From NCBI GenBank assembly GCA_963662545.2, contig CAXXLL010000002.1, positions 1,664,001 to 1,728,000 of the forward strand: a DNA stretch of 64,000 nucleotides, read 5' to 3'. The translations under genes and the position numbers were made by a program. Below, piece by piece: positions 10,339-20,567 of this stretch (the stretch's first letter is position 1; the number at the start of each line of letters is the position of its first letter). The notes beneath the pieces were generated by a model. The model saw only the letters and a program-made list of their open reading frames with translations. It searched no databases and had not been told where the DNA came from. This DNA is from Gammaproteobacteria bacterium (GTDB lineage Bacteria; Pseudomonadota; Gammaproteobacteria; Ga0077536).

Positions 10339-10884
10339 ATGTTAAGCGGATTTCAAGCCCAGACGCTTCGTGCCTATACGCCGCCGTCGGTTGCGCCCGC
10401 GCCGGCACTCAAAATTTTCGGTGACGACGGATTGACCTTCCGCGACGTCATTGACCTGGTCAATCCGCTGCACCATCTGCCGATCATCGGCAATCTGTAT
10501 CGTCGTATCACGGGCGACATCATCGACCCCGCGATCCGCGTTGCCGGGGGCGCTTTGTTCGGCGGACCGCTGGGGGCGGGTTTCGCGGCCGTCAGCATTG
10601 CGGTCAAAGGGATGTTGGAATTCAGTGACGAAGTAGAGGCGGGCAGTGGGACGATAGACAAGCATCGTCCAGATTCTCGCGGTGGATGGATGGTCGCCGC
10701 CACGCGCGCCGTCAACGGCTCACGCGCGCCGGACCTTGTGGCGGTCGCGGTAGAACTTGGCGACGCCCCGGCACGCGTACGGCGCGGCGGCTGGATGGCG
10801 CAGGCGGCGTACGCAATGGCGGATGCGCGTGCGCGTTCGGGCGGGGATGGTATGCCGCGTGCCCGCATTGATACGACCGCCTAA
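10339..10884 (+). CDS. Conserved hypothetical protein (DVIDLVNPLHHLP...GGALFGGP motif)
   Basis: Intact ORF with a conserved-looking N-terminal block and a repeated RGGWM motif. Confidence 0.65.
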   Translation: MLSGFQAQTLRAYTPPSVAPAPALKIFGDDGLTFRDVIDLVNPLHHLPIIGNLYRRITGDIIDPAIRVAGGALFGGPLGAGFAAVSIAVKGMLEFSDEVEAGSGTIDKHRPDSRGGWMVAATRAVNGSRAPDLVAVAVELGDAPARVRRGGWMAQAAYAMADARARSGGDGMPRARIDTTA

Positions 10885-10907
10885 AACGCGACCCTTCGAA
10901 CACTGCC

Positions 10908-11978
10908 TCAAGCGAAAGCGGGCATGATCTCGGAGGCGACCTGGTCGACCACTTCGCGTGTCGCCCGGATCGGCTGGATCGCGACCTGGTGTACGCCGGC
11001 GTCCCGCATCGCTTCGATCATCCCGAGGACTTCCTGCTTAGTGCCGGTCAGCGTCGTGGCCTGGATAATTTTCTTGGTCATCAAGGCCTCGTGTTCCGCT
11101 TTCAGGTGCTGGAGGTAGCCGGTGTAGAGCTTGAGATGCCGTGTTTCGACCGGTGCGTCCGGTTCGCGGTAGACGCCGACGAAGTCCATCAGTTCGTCGC
11201 GGAAGTCTTCCGGCAGGGCCTTGGGATCCTTGTGACAGGACAGCGCAAAGATGTTGCTGCTGGACGCCACCATCGGTCCTACCGCCGCGCGTACCTCGGG
11301 CGTTTCAATCTGCTCGTCAGATTCCGTCAGGTAGAAAGCCGTCATCGAAAGAACATAGATGTCGTCCGGGTTGCGGCCGGCGGCCTCCGCGCCTTCACGC
11401 ATGTGTCCGATCATCCACTTGACGATGGACGGATGCACCGCGCCGAACAGGATCAGTCCGTCCGCAATTCGCCCGGCGAGCCGCGCGACTTTGGGGCCGC
11501 TGGCGGAAATGTAGATTGGAATCCGGTCCTTGATGTTGATAAACCCGAGGTCCGGATTCAGGAATTTGATCTTTCGATGGCGCTCGTCTTCGCTGTAATC
11601 GACGGTATCGCCGTTGAACAAACCCTTGCAGACACGAACGTGGTCCTCGAGTTCGGCCACTCGGGCGGCCGGCATGCCCATCGTTCGCCGCGTTGTGTTG
11701 CCGGTGCCAATGCCCATGATGACGCGTCCCGGCGCGAGCGAATTGATCGTGGCCATGCCGCAGGCCGACAGCGGCGCGATGCGAGATTTCGGATTGGTTA
11801 CGCCGGGCCCGAGCTTGATTTTCGTCGTGCGATCAGCGCACAGAGCGAGCGCCGTGTAGACTTCGCTGCCGAGCATTTGTGTGTCATAAAGCCATGCGTG
11901 GGAAAAGCCATTGTCTTCAGCGTACTTCACGTCGCCATGAATGTGGCAGTCCCCCATGAACACGAATCCAAAATCCAT
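10908..11978 (-). CDS. LLM-class flavin-dependent oxidoreductase (Mer-like)
   Basis: IKLGPGVTNP..R, APGRVIMGIGTG, IYISASGPK....AG.IADG. Confidence 0.9.
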   Translation of the reverse strand: MDFGFVFMGDCHIHGDVKYAEDNGFSHAWLYDTQMLGSEVYTALALCADRTTKIKLGPGVTNPKSRIAPLSACGMATINSLAPGRVIMGIGTGNTTRRTMGMPAARVAELEDHVRVCKGLFNGDTVDYSEDERHRKIKFLNPDLGFINIKDRIPIYISASGPKVARLAGRIADGLILFGAVHPSIVKWMIGHMREGAEAAGRNPDDIYVLSMTAFYLTESDEQIETPEVRAAVGPMVASSSNIFALSCHKDPKALPEDFRDELMDFVGVYREPDAPVETRHLKLYTGYLQHLKAEHEALMTKKIIQATTLTGTKQEVLGMIEAMRDAGVHQVAIQPIRATREVVDQVASEIMPAFA

Positions 11979-12106
11979 TCTTATTCCTCCCCCTTCGTTT
12001 AATGTCGATGCGATCGTTCGGCGTCGATGAATGGGTCGGGCTGACGTCTCGTCCGGGCCCGCATAAATTAACAGGCTAGCGAAAAACGCAGCTCATCGAC
12101 AGTCTG

Positions 12107-12778
12107 TTAAATGTCTACTCCGGTTAAGCGATTACCGATCCATTCACCGATGTCCCGGATTTCCGTCAGGTCGATGCCGTGTTCGACCGGGTAGGTCCGG
12201 TATTCGGCGGCGTAGCCCATTTCCAGGAGACGACGATAGCTGGCCTCGCCGTGGGATTCGGGCACCATGGGGTCGCGGGTGCCGTGACAGATCAAGATCG
12301 GCAGGTTTTCGTTGACCGTGCCGGGCACAATTGAATTTCGGGTGGCGAAGTAGGTAGAGATCGCAACCAGACCGGCGAGACGCTTTGTGAAAGTCAGCGC
12401 GATCTCGTAGCCAACGGCACCACCCTGCGAGAACCCCGCGACGATGATACGGCGACTGTCGATGCCGCGTCCGATCTCACGCTCGATAAGTGCCGCGCCT
12501 GCAGCCGCGGATGCGCGCAGCTGGGTTTCATCGATTTTTCGCTCGAGGTCCATTTCTAGAATGTCGTACCAGGCCGGCATGACGTAGCCGTTGTTGATCG
12601 TGACGGGTATTGCAGGGGCGTGCGGAAACACGAAACGTACTGCGGCCACACCGTCCAGTCCGAGCTGCGGCACTATGGGTTCGAAGTCATGGCCGTCGGC
12701 GCCGAGTCCGTGTAACCAGATCACGGCCGCCGTCGCCGGCGACGACGGTTCGACTTCTACGCAGGGGAGATATTGCAA
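12107..12778 (-). CDS. Carboxylesterase/phospholipase (acyl-protein thioesterase-like)
   Basis: WLHGLGADG, MPAWYDI, GFSQGG, HGTRD, catalytic His in VEHGI. Confidence 0.9.
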   Translation of the reverse strand: MQYLPCVEVEPSSPATAAVIWLHGLGADGHDFEPIVPQLGLDGVAAVRFVFPHAPAIPVTINNGYVMPAWYDILEMDLERKIDETQLRASAAAGAALIEREIGRGIDSRRIIVAGFSQGGAVGYEIALTFTKRLAGLVAISTYFATRNSIVPGTVNENLPILICHGTRDPMVPESHGEASYRRLLEMGYAAEYRTYPVEHGIDLTEIRDIGEWIGNRLTGVDI

Positions 12779-13288
12779 TTAGAGGTCTGCGTCGGCGAGT
12801 TCCAGGCTGACCGGAACGGGCGTGGTGAGCATGTCGAGCAAAGGGCAATGGGTGTCGACGGCGGCTTTGAGTTTCTGCAGCGCGTCGCGTGACGCGCACG
12901 ATTCGATATGAACCGTGCCACGGATCTTCTGGTAACCGGCCCTTACCGTTTCATCGACGCCAAAAAAGCCGCGCAGATCGATATCGCCCTTAAGTTCTAC
13001 CGAGACGCGCTCGATGTCGATCCCCATGGCCGTCGCGTAGGCTTTGTAGGTGATCTCCTGGCAGGCACCGAGCGCCGCGAGCAGCAGTTCGATCGGATTA
13101 GGCCCCGCATCTCCGCCACCCAGTTGCGGTGGCTCGTCGACCACTACGTGGTGGTCCCGGATCGTGACGTCGGAGCGGAATCCTTCGACGAGTTCCGATT
13201 TTGAGTGAAAAGTCGCGAGTGCTTCCGCCGGATTCAGCCGGTATTTTTCCTGCGTGGCGGATATGGTCTCGCGTAAGGAATCATTCAT
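12779..13288 (-). CDS. OsmC/Ohr family protein
   Basis: DEP..LGG.D.GPNP.ELLLAALGAC ... HCPL. Confidence 0.9.
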   Translation of the reverse strand: MNDSLRETISATQEKYRLNPAEALATFHSKSELVEGFRSDVTIRDHHVVVDEPPQLGGGDAGPNPIELLLAALGACQEITYKAYATAMGIDIERVSVELKGDIDLRGFFGVDETVRAGYQKIRGTVHIESCASRDALQKLKAAVDTHCPLLDMLTTPVPVSLELADADL

Positions 13289-13700
13289 CGGTCACACCTA
13301 GTCCTGTTGATGAGGGGATATCATCATATTCAACCGCTTCGATCGCGTGAAGGAGTCAGCGGATGAATTGCGGAGAACGGGCCTGCGTCGTCGCGGGTGC
13401 CCGGAGGGAATCGGCGCAGGCCAGCTGCATTCGGCCTGCGAACCGGAAGGTAAACCATCGTCATCAGGCAGTGGTCATGCAGCGCCCGTTGGTCGAATCC
13501 TCCTGTCTATCAGGCGGTAAATAACCGACGGTTGACGGCACCACGGGATGGCAAACCATCGACGTCTCCGAAACAGGCTGACGAAAAACGGAGTTTTTCA
13601 CCGGCCTGTCAGGACTTCAGATCGGCGCTAAGCCCGTCTACGCCGTCATTCAGCGCGCCCGTCAACATAACGAAAGGGCCGCCCGGCGCGGTCGCAGCGA

Positions 13701-13976
13701 TTACGACCCCGCCTGGTGGCCTTGCTCGGTGAGGCGGCGAAGGCGTCCATCCTTGTTCATGAGTTCCAAATCGTCGAAACTGCCTATGTGTTCACCGTTT
13801 ATGAATATCTGCGGGACGGAACGTTCACGCGGGAGGCGTTCGATGAACGCTGCCCGGTTCTCGTCATTCTCGGCGATATCGATCTGCTGATAAGAAAGGC
13901 CTAATTGCAGCAGCAGAGCCTTGGCCTCCTTGCAGTAGTTGCAATTCGGGCTCGTGAATATTTCTATGTTCGCCAA
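13701..13976 (-). CDS. grxC: Glutaredoxin 3-like protein
   Basis: CNYC, SVPQIFING.HIG; TTG start after AGGAGG. Confidence 0.8.
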   Translation of the reverse strand: MANIEIFTSPNCNYCKEAKALLLQLGLSYQQIDIAENDENRAAFIERLPRERSVPQIFINGEHIGSFDDLELMNKDGRLRRLTEQGHQAGS

Positions 13977-14040
13977 GCAGTAAACCTCCTGCCCACGTGT
14001 ACTATTCGGGAAACTCGGCCCCGAGTTTCTCAGCAAAAAC

Positions 14041-14616
14041 TCAATAAGTGACGTGGAGAATCGGTTTGATGTCGGAGAAAACGGGCTCGAGGGCCACGCC
14101 CAAGGCATCGCCAAACTTACTTACGGCGATGTAGATGGTGATGGTGAACACGGCCTCTACGATTTGCGGCTCTGTCCAGTGCTGGTGCAGACGGCCCCAG
14201 AGATCTTTCGACAAGCGATTCGCATCGACCCCGATTTGCACGGTTAAATCCAGCACCACTTTTTCAGCATCAGTAAAGTGCGGACTGTTCTTGTATCAAT
14301 CATCGCCGATATCAGCGATCTTCTCTTCTGAAATTCCCATCCGTTTGCTCAAGGTCTCATGCTGCACTATGCAATACTGACAGTCGTTGCGATGAGTCGC
14401 TTTCAAAATAATCAATTCTTTCGTCACCCATTCGAGTTCGCCGTCCTTCAGGACCGCCATGATCAGGTCAGTGAAGACCGTACCCAGTTCCGGGGTGTGG
14501 CCGAACACTTTGAAAATGTTCAAGAGCATTTCAAAACGCCCCTCGGCCTTGTCGTAAAATCGGATTGTCTCGTCATTTGCTTGTTCACGTTCTACGTATG
14601 AAACAGACATTTTCAT
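14041..14616 (-). pseudogene. Carboxymuconolactone decarboxylase/AhpD-like protein interrupted by one in-frame TGA (14296-14298)
   Basis: NDCQYC...H motif; the frame continues after TGA as YKNSPHFTDAEK..LDLT...WTEPQIVE. Confidence 0.75.
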
Positions 14617-14633
14617 TTACCTCCTAGATAGTC

Positions 14634-14649
14634 TTGAACAATCATTCAA
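14634..14649. promoter_or_regulatory. TetR-type operator palindrome, copy 1
   Basis: TTGAACAATCATTCAA just upstream of the AhpD-like gene; similar copy at 15285-15300. Confidence 0.6.
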
Positions 14650-14668
14650 AACTGAGTCCAAAAGAAGA

Positions 14669-15250
14669 TCACCGCAGTTGGGCCATAGCGCCGTCCGCAA
14701 TTGATCTCATTAACGCGCGTTCCGGGCGGCTTCGTGCCAGGACAAGCAGCCCGATCAACGCGGCGAGTAACGCTCGCGAAATATCTTTCGCGTGCAAGTC
14801 CGGAGCAATCTCACCGGTCTTTTGGCCGGCTTTGATTACTCGGTAGAAGAATTTTTCGGTCTCTTTCTGGCTGGCAGCGACGATCGCGCCGATCTCGTCG
14901 TCATGCGCAGCCACTTCGAGCGCGGTATTGGTCAGAAAACATCCGCGCCGTGAACTATCGTGCGAGATCACCTCCAGCCATTCATCGAACAGTCGGCGAA
15001 TGGCTTTTCGGGGAGGATGGGTGTTCTCGAGATCACACAGCCACGCGTGGCGACATTTCCTGTCGTAACGTTTGAGTGCCGCGATGAACAGAGCCCGTTT
15101 GCTTTCGAAAGTGTCATAGATACTGCCCCGGTTGAGCCCCATGCCATGCACGAGATCCTGCATGGAAGTTGCCTCGTATCCGCGAGACCAGAAGATCCCC
15201 ATCGCCTTTTCCAGCGCGTCATCGATATTAAAGTTTTTTTCCCAGGGCAT
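14669..15250 (-). CDS. TetR/AcrR family regulator (NemR/ComR-like)
   Basis: FWSRGYEATSMQDL...GLNRGSIY.TF..K, RGCFLTNTALE. Confidence 0.9.
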   Translation of the reverse strand: MPWEKNFNIDDALEKAMGIFWSRGYEATSMQDLVHGMGLNRGSIYDTFESKRALFIAALKRYDRKCRHAWLCDLENTHPPRKAIRRLFDEWLEVISHDSSRRGCFLTNTALEVAAHDDEIGAIVAASQKETEKFFYRVIKAGQKTGEIAPDLHAKDISRALLAALIGLLVLARSRPERALMRSIADGAMAQLR

Positions 15251-15284
15251 GATCGGATCCTCAGGCCGCAATTTAAGCATAGTA

Positions 15285-15300
15285 TTGAACGATCGGTCAA
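15285..15300. promoter_or_regulatory. TetR-type operator palindrome, copy 2
   Basis: TTGAACGATCGGTCAA upstream of the TetR gene. Confidence 0.6.
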
Positions 15301-15430
15301 AACCAGTACGCAGGATTATTTTTAGTCATATTCGGGCGGGTCGGGCAACGGCCGAATTTAATTTCGGTGCCCATTTGGCCGAGCAGGTATCATCGTACCA
15401 ACCGCTTCGATCGAGCGCAGGAGACGCTGA

Positions 15431-16258
15431 ATGAATTACGAAGGACAGGTTTGCATCATCACCGGCGGCGCCTCCGGTATCGGGCGCGCACTGGCAGCGG
15501 AACTCTGCAGGCGCGGCGCTACTGTCGTGCTGAGTGACATCGACGGTACGACGGCTGATGCGGCCGCATCAGAGCTTCGCTCGGCGGGCGCACGGGCAGA
15601 ATCGGCGGAAGTCGATGTCACCGATGCCGCAGCCGTGGGCGGCCTGGTGGAGAACGCAATTGAGAAGCACGGGCGGCTCGACCTCATGTTCAATAACGCC
15701 GGCATCGCAGTCACCGGCGATGCGCGCGATCTAAGCCTTGAACACTGGCGTCGCGTTATCGACGTCAACCTCATGGGCGTCGTCTATGGCTCGGACGCGG
15801 CCTACAAGGTCATGGCACGGCAAGGGCACGGCCATATCGTCAACATCGCCTCGCTTGCCGGCCTGACGCCATTCCCAACCAACGTACCCTATAGCACGAC
15901 CAAGCATGCTGTCGTCGGACTTTCGATGTCCCTGCGCGCGGAGGGAGAGGCACTGGGGGTGGGCGTCAGCGCGGTGTGCCCCGGATTCATCGATTCCAAC
16001 ATCTATACCGCGAGCGAAGCGGTTAACGTGCCGCAGGAAATGCTGCTCGATCAGATTCCGTTCAAGAAGGTCCCGGCCGATGACGCGGCCCGCAAGATCC
16101 TCGATGGCGTGGCGCGCAACAAACCCATCATCGTGTTTCCATGGTATGCCCACCTGATCTGGTGGCTGTACCGGCTGAGTCCGCGCACGGCCGCGCCATT
16201 GGGCCGGCAGGCGATCCGGGATCTGCGCAAGATTCGGCAAAGCGCGGACGAGGCCTGA
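15431..16258 (+). CDS. SDR family oxidoreductase
   Basis: TGGASGIG, NNAG, YSTTK. Confidence 0.9.
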   Translation: MNYEGQVCIITGGASGIGRALAAELCRRGATVVLSDIDGTTADAAASELRSAGARAESAEVDVTDAAAVGGLVENAIEKHGRLDLMFNNAGIAVTGDARDLSLEHWRRVIDVNLMGVVYGSDAAYKVMARQGHGHIVNIASLAGLTPFPTNVPYSTTKHAVVGLSMSLRAEGEALGVGVSAVCPGFIDSNIYTASEAVNVPQEMLLDQIPFKKVPADDAARKILDGVARNKPIIVFPWYAHLIWWLYRLSPRTAAPLGRQAIRDLRKIRQSADEA

Positions 16259-16276
16259 GGCCCGCGGAACGGCGCT

Positions 16277-16720
16277 GTGATCGACAGGGCCATTATAGGA
16301 TTCCGCACCAAGCCTTTTGCGGCCGAGGTTGAAAAGGGCCGCCTGCGGCTGTTTGCGAAGGCCATCGGCGAAACGGATCCCATTTATTTCGACGAAGCGG
16401 CGGCACGGGCGGCGGGCTTCCGCTCGCTGCCCGTCCCCCTGACCTTTCTTTTCTGCCTCGAGATGGAGCGCCCCGATCCCTACGACTGGTTCGATCAACT
16501 GGGGATCCCCCTGGGTCGCGCGCTGCACGGTGAGCAGTCCTTCGAATACCACAATGGCACTTGTGCCGGCGACGTCCTCACGTTCGAATCAGAGATCATC
16601 GATATTTACGATAAGCGCGGCGGTGCGCTCGAGTTCCTGGTGCAAGAAAACCACATCACCGATCAGCGCGGCGACCGCGTCGCAAAGTTCACGCGCACCC
16701 TTGTCATACGGCATGACTGA
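16277..16720 (+). CDS. MaoC-like dehydratase (N-terminal/FAS1-type subunit)
   Basis: FAKAIGETDPIYFD, LHGEQ.FEY. Confidence 0.85.
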   Translation: MIDRAIIGFRTKPFAAEVEKGRLRLFAKAIGETDPIYFDEAAARAAGFRSLPVPLTFLFCLEMERPDPYDWFDQLGIPLGRALHGEQSFEYHNGTCAGDVLTFESEIIDIYDKRGGALEFLVQENHITDQRGDRVAKFTRTLVIRHD

Positions 16721-16732
16721 ACCCAGCGATCC

Positions 16733-17155
16733 ATGATGCAGCTGCCCGACTATGAGGCGATCGAGGTCGGCGACGAGCTGCGGCCGCTGAGCCTGCCGCC
16801 GATCACCCGGCAGGCGCTCGCCGTGTACTGCGGTGCTTCCGGCGACCACAATCCGATCCATGTGGACATCGATTTCGCGCGTGAATCCGGGCTCGACGAC
16901 GTCATTGCGCACGGCATGCTCGTGATGGCCTATATGGGTCGCATGCTCACGCAGTGGGTGCCGCAGAGCGCGGTTCGCCAGTTCGACACTCGTTTCCTTG
17001 CGATGACGCGCGTGGGTGACCGCATTACGGCCAGCGGCCGGGTGGCGGAGAAATATACGGATGGCGATAAACGCTACGTTCGCGTCGAGATCGTCGCGAG
17101 CGATCAGACGGGCGAGGCGAAAACTTCCGGCTCTGCAGTCATAGCGTTGGCGTGA
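16733..17155 (+). CDS. MaoC family dehydratase
   Basis: Hydratase motif ASGDHNPIHVD, IAHGM. Confidence 0.9.
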   Translation: MMQLPDYEAIEVGDELRPLSLPPITRQALAVYCGASGDHNPIHVDIDFARESGLDDVIAHGMLVMAYMGRMLTQWVPQSAVRQFDTRFLAMTRVGDRITASGRVAEKYTDGDKRYVRVEIVASDQTGEAKTSGSAVIALA

Positions 17156-17832
17156 AGCTGGGAAGGGGGCACGTACCGTCCCTCCGGGACCGTCGCATTG
17201 CGGACGCACTGTTTCTGATCCAGATAGTGGGTGCGACAACGTTTGGCGCGGCCCAGTTTCGGGTCATGCAATCGACCGTTGAGGGCGTCAACACTTCGTG
17301 GTTCGCGTTCTGGCTGGCCTTTCTGGTACTCAATCTTGTGCTCGCGATCAACGCGCACCGAACGGCGCCGAGCCGAGTTTCCCGCCAGACCGTCGTCATC
17401 TACGTGGTCTGGACGGCGGTCATCTCGGTAGATCTCCTCATGCTGTTGCGCGCTTCGGGGGCAACCTGGAGTACGCTCGACACGATCACAACCGCCGCCA
17501 CCTTGGCGGGGATCGGCACGGCAATGGCAGTCGGACGCCTGCGCGGATTCGGAGTTTCCGATCCAATGATGCGGGCGACCATTGCCGTATTCTGCCGGGG
17601 CGTGCCCCAATTGACGCTGGCTTATAACGTCTGGATCGAGGGTGGCGCGGGTCTCTCGCTCGTCGGGATCGCCGCGGGCCACGTGATCATTTCGCTCCGG
17701 CTGTTCCACGTGTGGTTTTCGATCCGCGATGCCGGCTGCGATCGCAATCGACTCGGAATCGCCATCGGCGAGGCGGCGAATGAGCTAAGCTGGATCGTCG
17801 TGACCGTCGTGTGGGCCGCGGTCATGCTGTAA
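17152..17832 (+). CDS. Hypothetical integral membrane protein
   Basis: 6-7 hydrophobic segments; start overlaps upstream stop (GTGA). Confidence 0.6.
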   Translation: MKLGRGHVPSLRDRRIADALFLIQIVGATTFGAAQFRVMQSTVEGVNTSWFAFWLAFLVLNLVLAINAHRTAPSRVSRQTVVIYVVWTAVISVDLLMLLRASGATWSTLDTITTAATLAGIGTAMAVGRLRGFGVSDPMMRATIAVFCRGVPQLTLAYNVWIEGGAGLSLVGIAAGHVIISLRLFHVWFSIRDAGCDRNRLGIAIGEAANELSWIVVTVVWAAVML

Positions 17833-17863
17833 CAGTTCAGGACGGAACGAGGAGAAGGGAAAC

Positions 17864-18316
17864 GTGATCAAAATCAACGGCATGGCGCACGTTATATTGA
17901 GCGTTAGCAATTGGCCGGCCTGCCGCGCGTTCTACACAGAATTGCTGCCATTTCTCGGCATGTCGCTCGTGTTCGACGGCGAGGACATGATTTACTACGT
18001 CGGCGCGCGCACCGCGCTTGGTGTTGGCAAATGTGACAAACGGTACGAGGACGAGCACTTCGTGCAGAACGGCATCGGCCTGCACCACCTGTGCTTTCGC
18101 GCACGCAACAACGCCGATGTCGACGCGGTGCAAGAACTCCTGGTGTCGATGGACGCCACCATCGTACACGGACCCGAGGCCGGGCCCTGGGCGCCCGGGT
18201 ATTATTCTGTCCTGTTCGAAGATCCGGCCGGTACGCGGCTCGAGGTCAATCATGTGCCGGGCAAGGGCCTGTTGGCCGACGATGCCTCGTTCAACCCGGT
18301 CGATGGATACCGTTAG
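17864..18316 (+). CDS. VOC/glyoxalase family protein
   Basis: HVILSV, GLHHLCF, YYSVLFEDPAG.RLE. Confidence 0.9.
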   Translation: MIKINGMAHVILSVSNWPACRAFYTELLPFLGMSLVFDGEDMIYYVGARTALGVGKCDKRYEDEHFVQNGIGLHHLCFRARNNADVDAVQELLVSMDATIVHGPEAGPWAPGYYSVLFEDPAGTRLEVNHVPGKGLLADDASFNPVDGYR

Positions 18317-18967
18317 CACGGAGACATTGCACTGGGTGATCAGATGGGACGAGAGGTCCCGGCAGAGGCGACAAATTCCTCGATGCGTGATCCATCGCAA
18401 ACAAACTCTGGCGGCTCGCGAGGCTTCACAAACCGCGGGAACGCTCGGCTTTGCCGATATCCTCGGCCTCTCAGTGTCAGACCTGACGTCCACAGCTTTC
18501 ATGGTGCTTACACTGACACTTTGGGGCCCATCGCTAGAATCATGCCCATCACCGCGCGTCGCGGCGGCCATCGCGGCCGCCAACCGGGTCAAGAAAATCG
18601 ACGGGAGCGTGGCTTCTGGCAGGTGAGTTTGCAGGTCGATTGGGTTAGGCTGGCACCTGTCAACTCCCCTATTTGACGCACCGCAGCAATTTGGTGAAAC
18701 CGGCACCACCGATACGACTTATTGGGCAACGGGCCGCCCGAAAAAAAACGGGCGATGGAATGAACGGAAATCGCCGGAAGCGGAACATACCCCTAGACTG
18801 AATTCGGGCCTTTAGCTAAGGCCTTGGATGACAGCGTCAGATGCGGTATCTTCTGCGCCGCTAGCAGAGCCTGAACGCGGGTATTGAAGGGCTCCAAGAC
18901 GAAAAGCCGCGGATCAGGTGACTTTAAAAATTTATTTTCGATATCCGATCGGAAAGGCAGGGAATAT

Positions 18968-20416
18968 ATGCATATTAGAAAGTACGATTACGAGTACAGC
19001 CGGCGCCACTTCATGGAGAAAGTGGCTAAAGGGACGGGTAGTGCCGGCGTTCTGTCGGCCTTATGGCCGTTAATGGCGCATACCGGCGACAGCTACAAGG
19101 CTTATCCCGAAGAACTGACCGACATCGAGGCCTATACCAAGGGTAAGGTCAAGGTGGGCGACGTCATCGACAAGGACAACATCGAACTGGTCCAAGATAT
19201 TATCGATCCGATGTTGTTCCAGGAAGTGACCCAGGACGGCCGTTCGTTCTTCGTTCTACCGACGCAGACCGAGACGGAAGTGCATTTCCCGCCCTATTAC
19301 CTCGATGCAACCTTGAAAAACTGGGGCCAGGCGAAGTTCGGTCCCGACGGCAACGTCTATACCCAGGACGGCAAGCCCTGGATCGGCGGCCATCCGTTCC
19401 CGGATCCGCAGGACGGTTACGAGACGATCGCCAATATCACGCTGTCCTGGGGCCGGCATGACCAGGACATGTTCGCCATCCCGACCGTGTCTCTCGATCC
19501 CGAAGGGGAGATTCAGTACAAATACGACTTCGTGTGGGCACAGCAACAGTGCACCGGCCTGGTCCATCCCAGCGCCGGCGGCAATCCCTATATTCCCGGC
19601 AAAGAGCACATGACCCGTTACCAATCGGTCTGGTTCACCTCGCCCAACGACGTCAAGGGCACGGCGTTCATGAACGAGTGGTATTACGATCAGGCCAAGT
19701 ACCCTGAACTGTTCGGCTATCTGCCGGCGTTCAAGCGCGTACGTCGATTCCCGACCAACCAGCGCTTCGAGCCGCTGGTGGCCGGTATCAACCTGTTCCT
19801 GTCCGACGCCTGGGCATCCGGCGATCCGATGCTGACCTGGGGCAACTGGAAAATCATCCACCGCGGTCCCTACCTCGGTGCCATGCACCACAACTGGGTG
19901 CCGCAGAATGAAAACTGGAAACTCCCGGTCTGTGGTGGACCGAAGGGCCAGTCCTATTTTTATGCCGGCCGTTCACTCATTCCGGAAGTCCTCGTCATCG
20001 AAGGCGAACCGACGGGCTACCCGCGTGCACCACTCAGCAAGCGTCGCATCTACCTCGACGCGCGCAACATCGAGTATCCGCAGGCCATCTCGTTCGACCG
20101 CCGCGGCGAAATCTGGAAGTCCTTCGAACCAGGTTTCGGGCAGTGCAAGACCGATCCGTCCCTGGCAGAACTTTGGAGTTCTGGGCCCGATTCATCGGGT
20201 GCAGGCATCGAGGCGTCGGTCCTGGCGTCCGACGGCCGTCCGGACTGGATGTGGAACTGGGTGATCAGCAACGACATTCAATCGAAGCGCATCACTTACT
20301 TCCACCAGGCCCATCACTGCAAGGGCGGTTGGAAGTCTGAGTATGACAAGGTGGACTCCGAAGAATTCTTGTCTTCATATATGACCACCTCGGCCATGCG
20401 TCGACTCGGAACGTAA
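18968..20416 (+). CDS. DUF1329-like exported protein with twin-arginine-like signal
   Basis: SRRHFMEK N-terminus; GHPFPDP, YLPAFKRVRR, SKRRIYLD, FDRRGEIWK. Confidence 0.7.
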   Translation: MHIRKYDYEYSRRHFMEKVAKGTGSAGVLSALWPLMAHTGDSYKAYPEELTDIEAYTKGKVKVGDVIDKDNIELVQDIIDPMLFQEVTQDGRSFFVLPTQTETEVHFPPYYLDATLKNWGQAKFGPDGNVYTQDGKPWIGGHPFPDPQDGYETIANITLSWGRHDQDMFAIPTVSLDPEGEIQYKYDFVWAQQQCTGLVHPSAGGNPYIPGKEHMTRYQSVWFTSPNDVKGTAFMNEWYYDQAKYPELFGYLPAFKRVRRFPTNQRFEPLVAGINLFLSDAWASGDPMLTWGNWKIIHRGPYLGAMHHNWVPQNENWKLPVCGGPKGQSYFYAGRSLIPEVLVIEGEPTGYPRAPLSKRRIYLDARNIEYPQAISFDRRGEIWKSFEPGFGQCKTDPSLAELWSSGPDSSGAGIEASVLASDGRPDWMWNWVISNDIQSKRITYFHQAHHCKGGWKSEYDKVDSEEFLSSYMTTSAMRRLGT

Positions 20417-20438
20417 AACCCGTTCCCGACGTCAATTC

Positions 20439-20476
20439 AAAAACCGCGGATCGGGAAACCGGTCCGCGGTTTTTTT
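20439..20476 (+). terminator. Rho-independent terminator (probably bidirectional)
   Basis: AAAAACCGCGGATCGG-GAAA-CCGGTCCGCGGTTTTTTT just after stop 20416. Confidence 0.85.
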
Positions 20477-20567
20477 ATGTCAAATGAATTACTGGATCGT
20501 CATGCGCGGCCTACTTTCATAGCGGTGACGGCGCGGTATGATAGCGCCCGAAAAGGGGGGGCTTATC

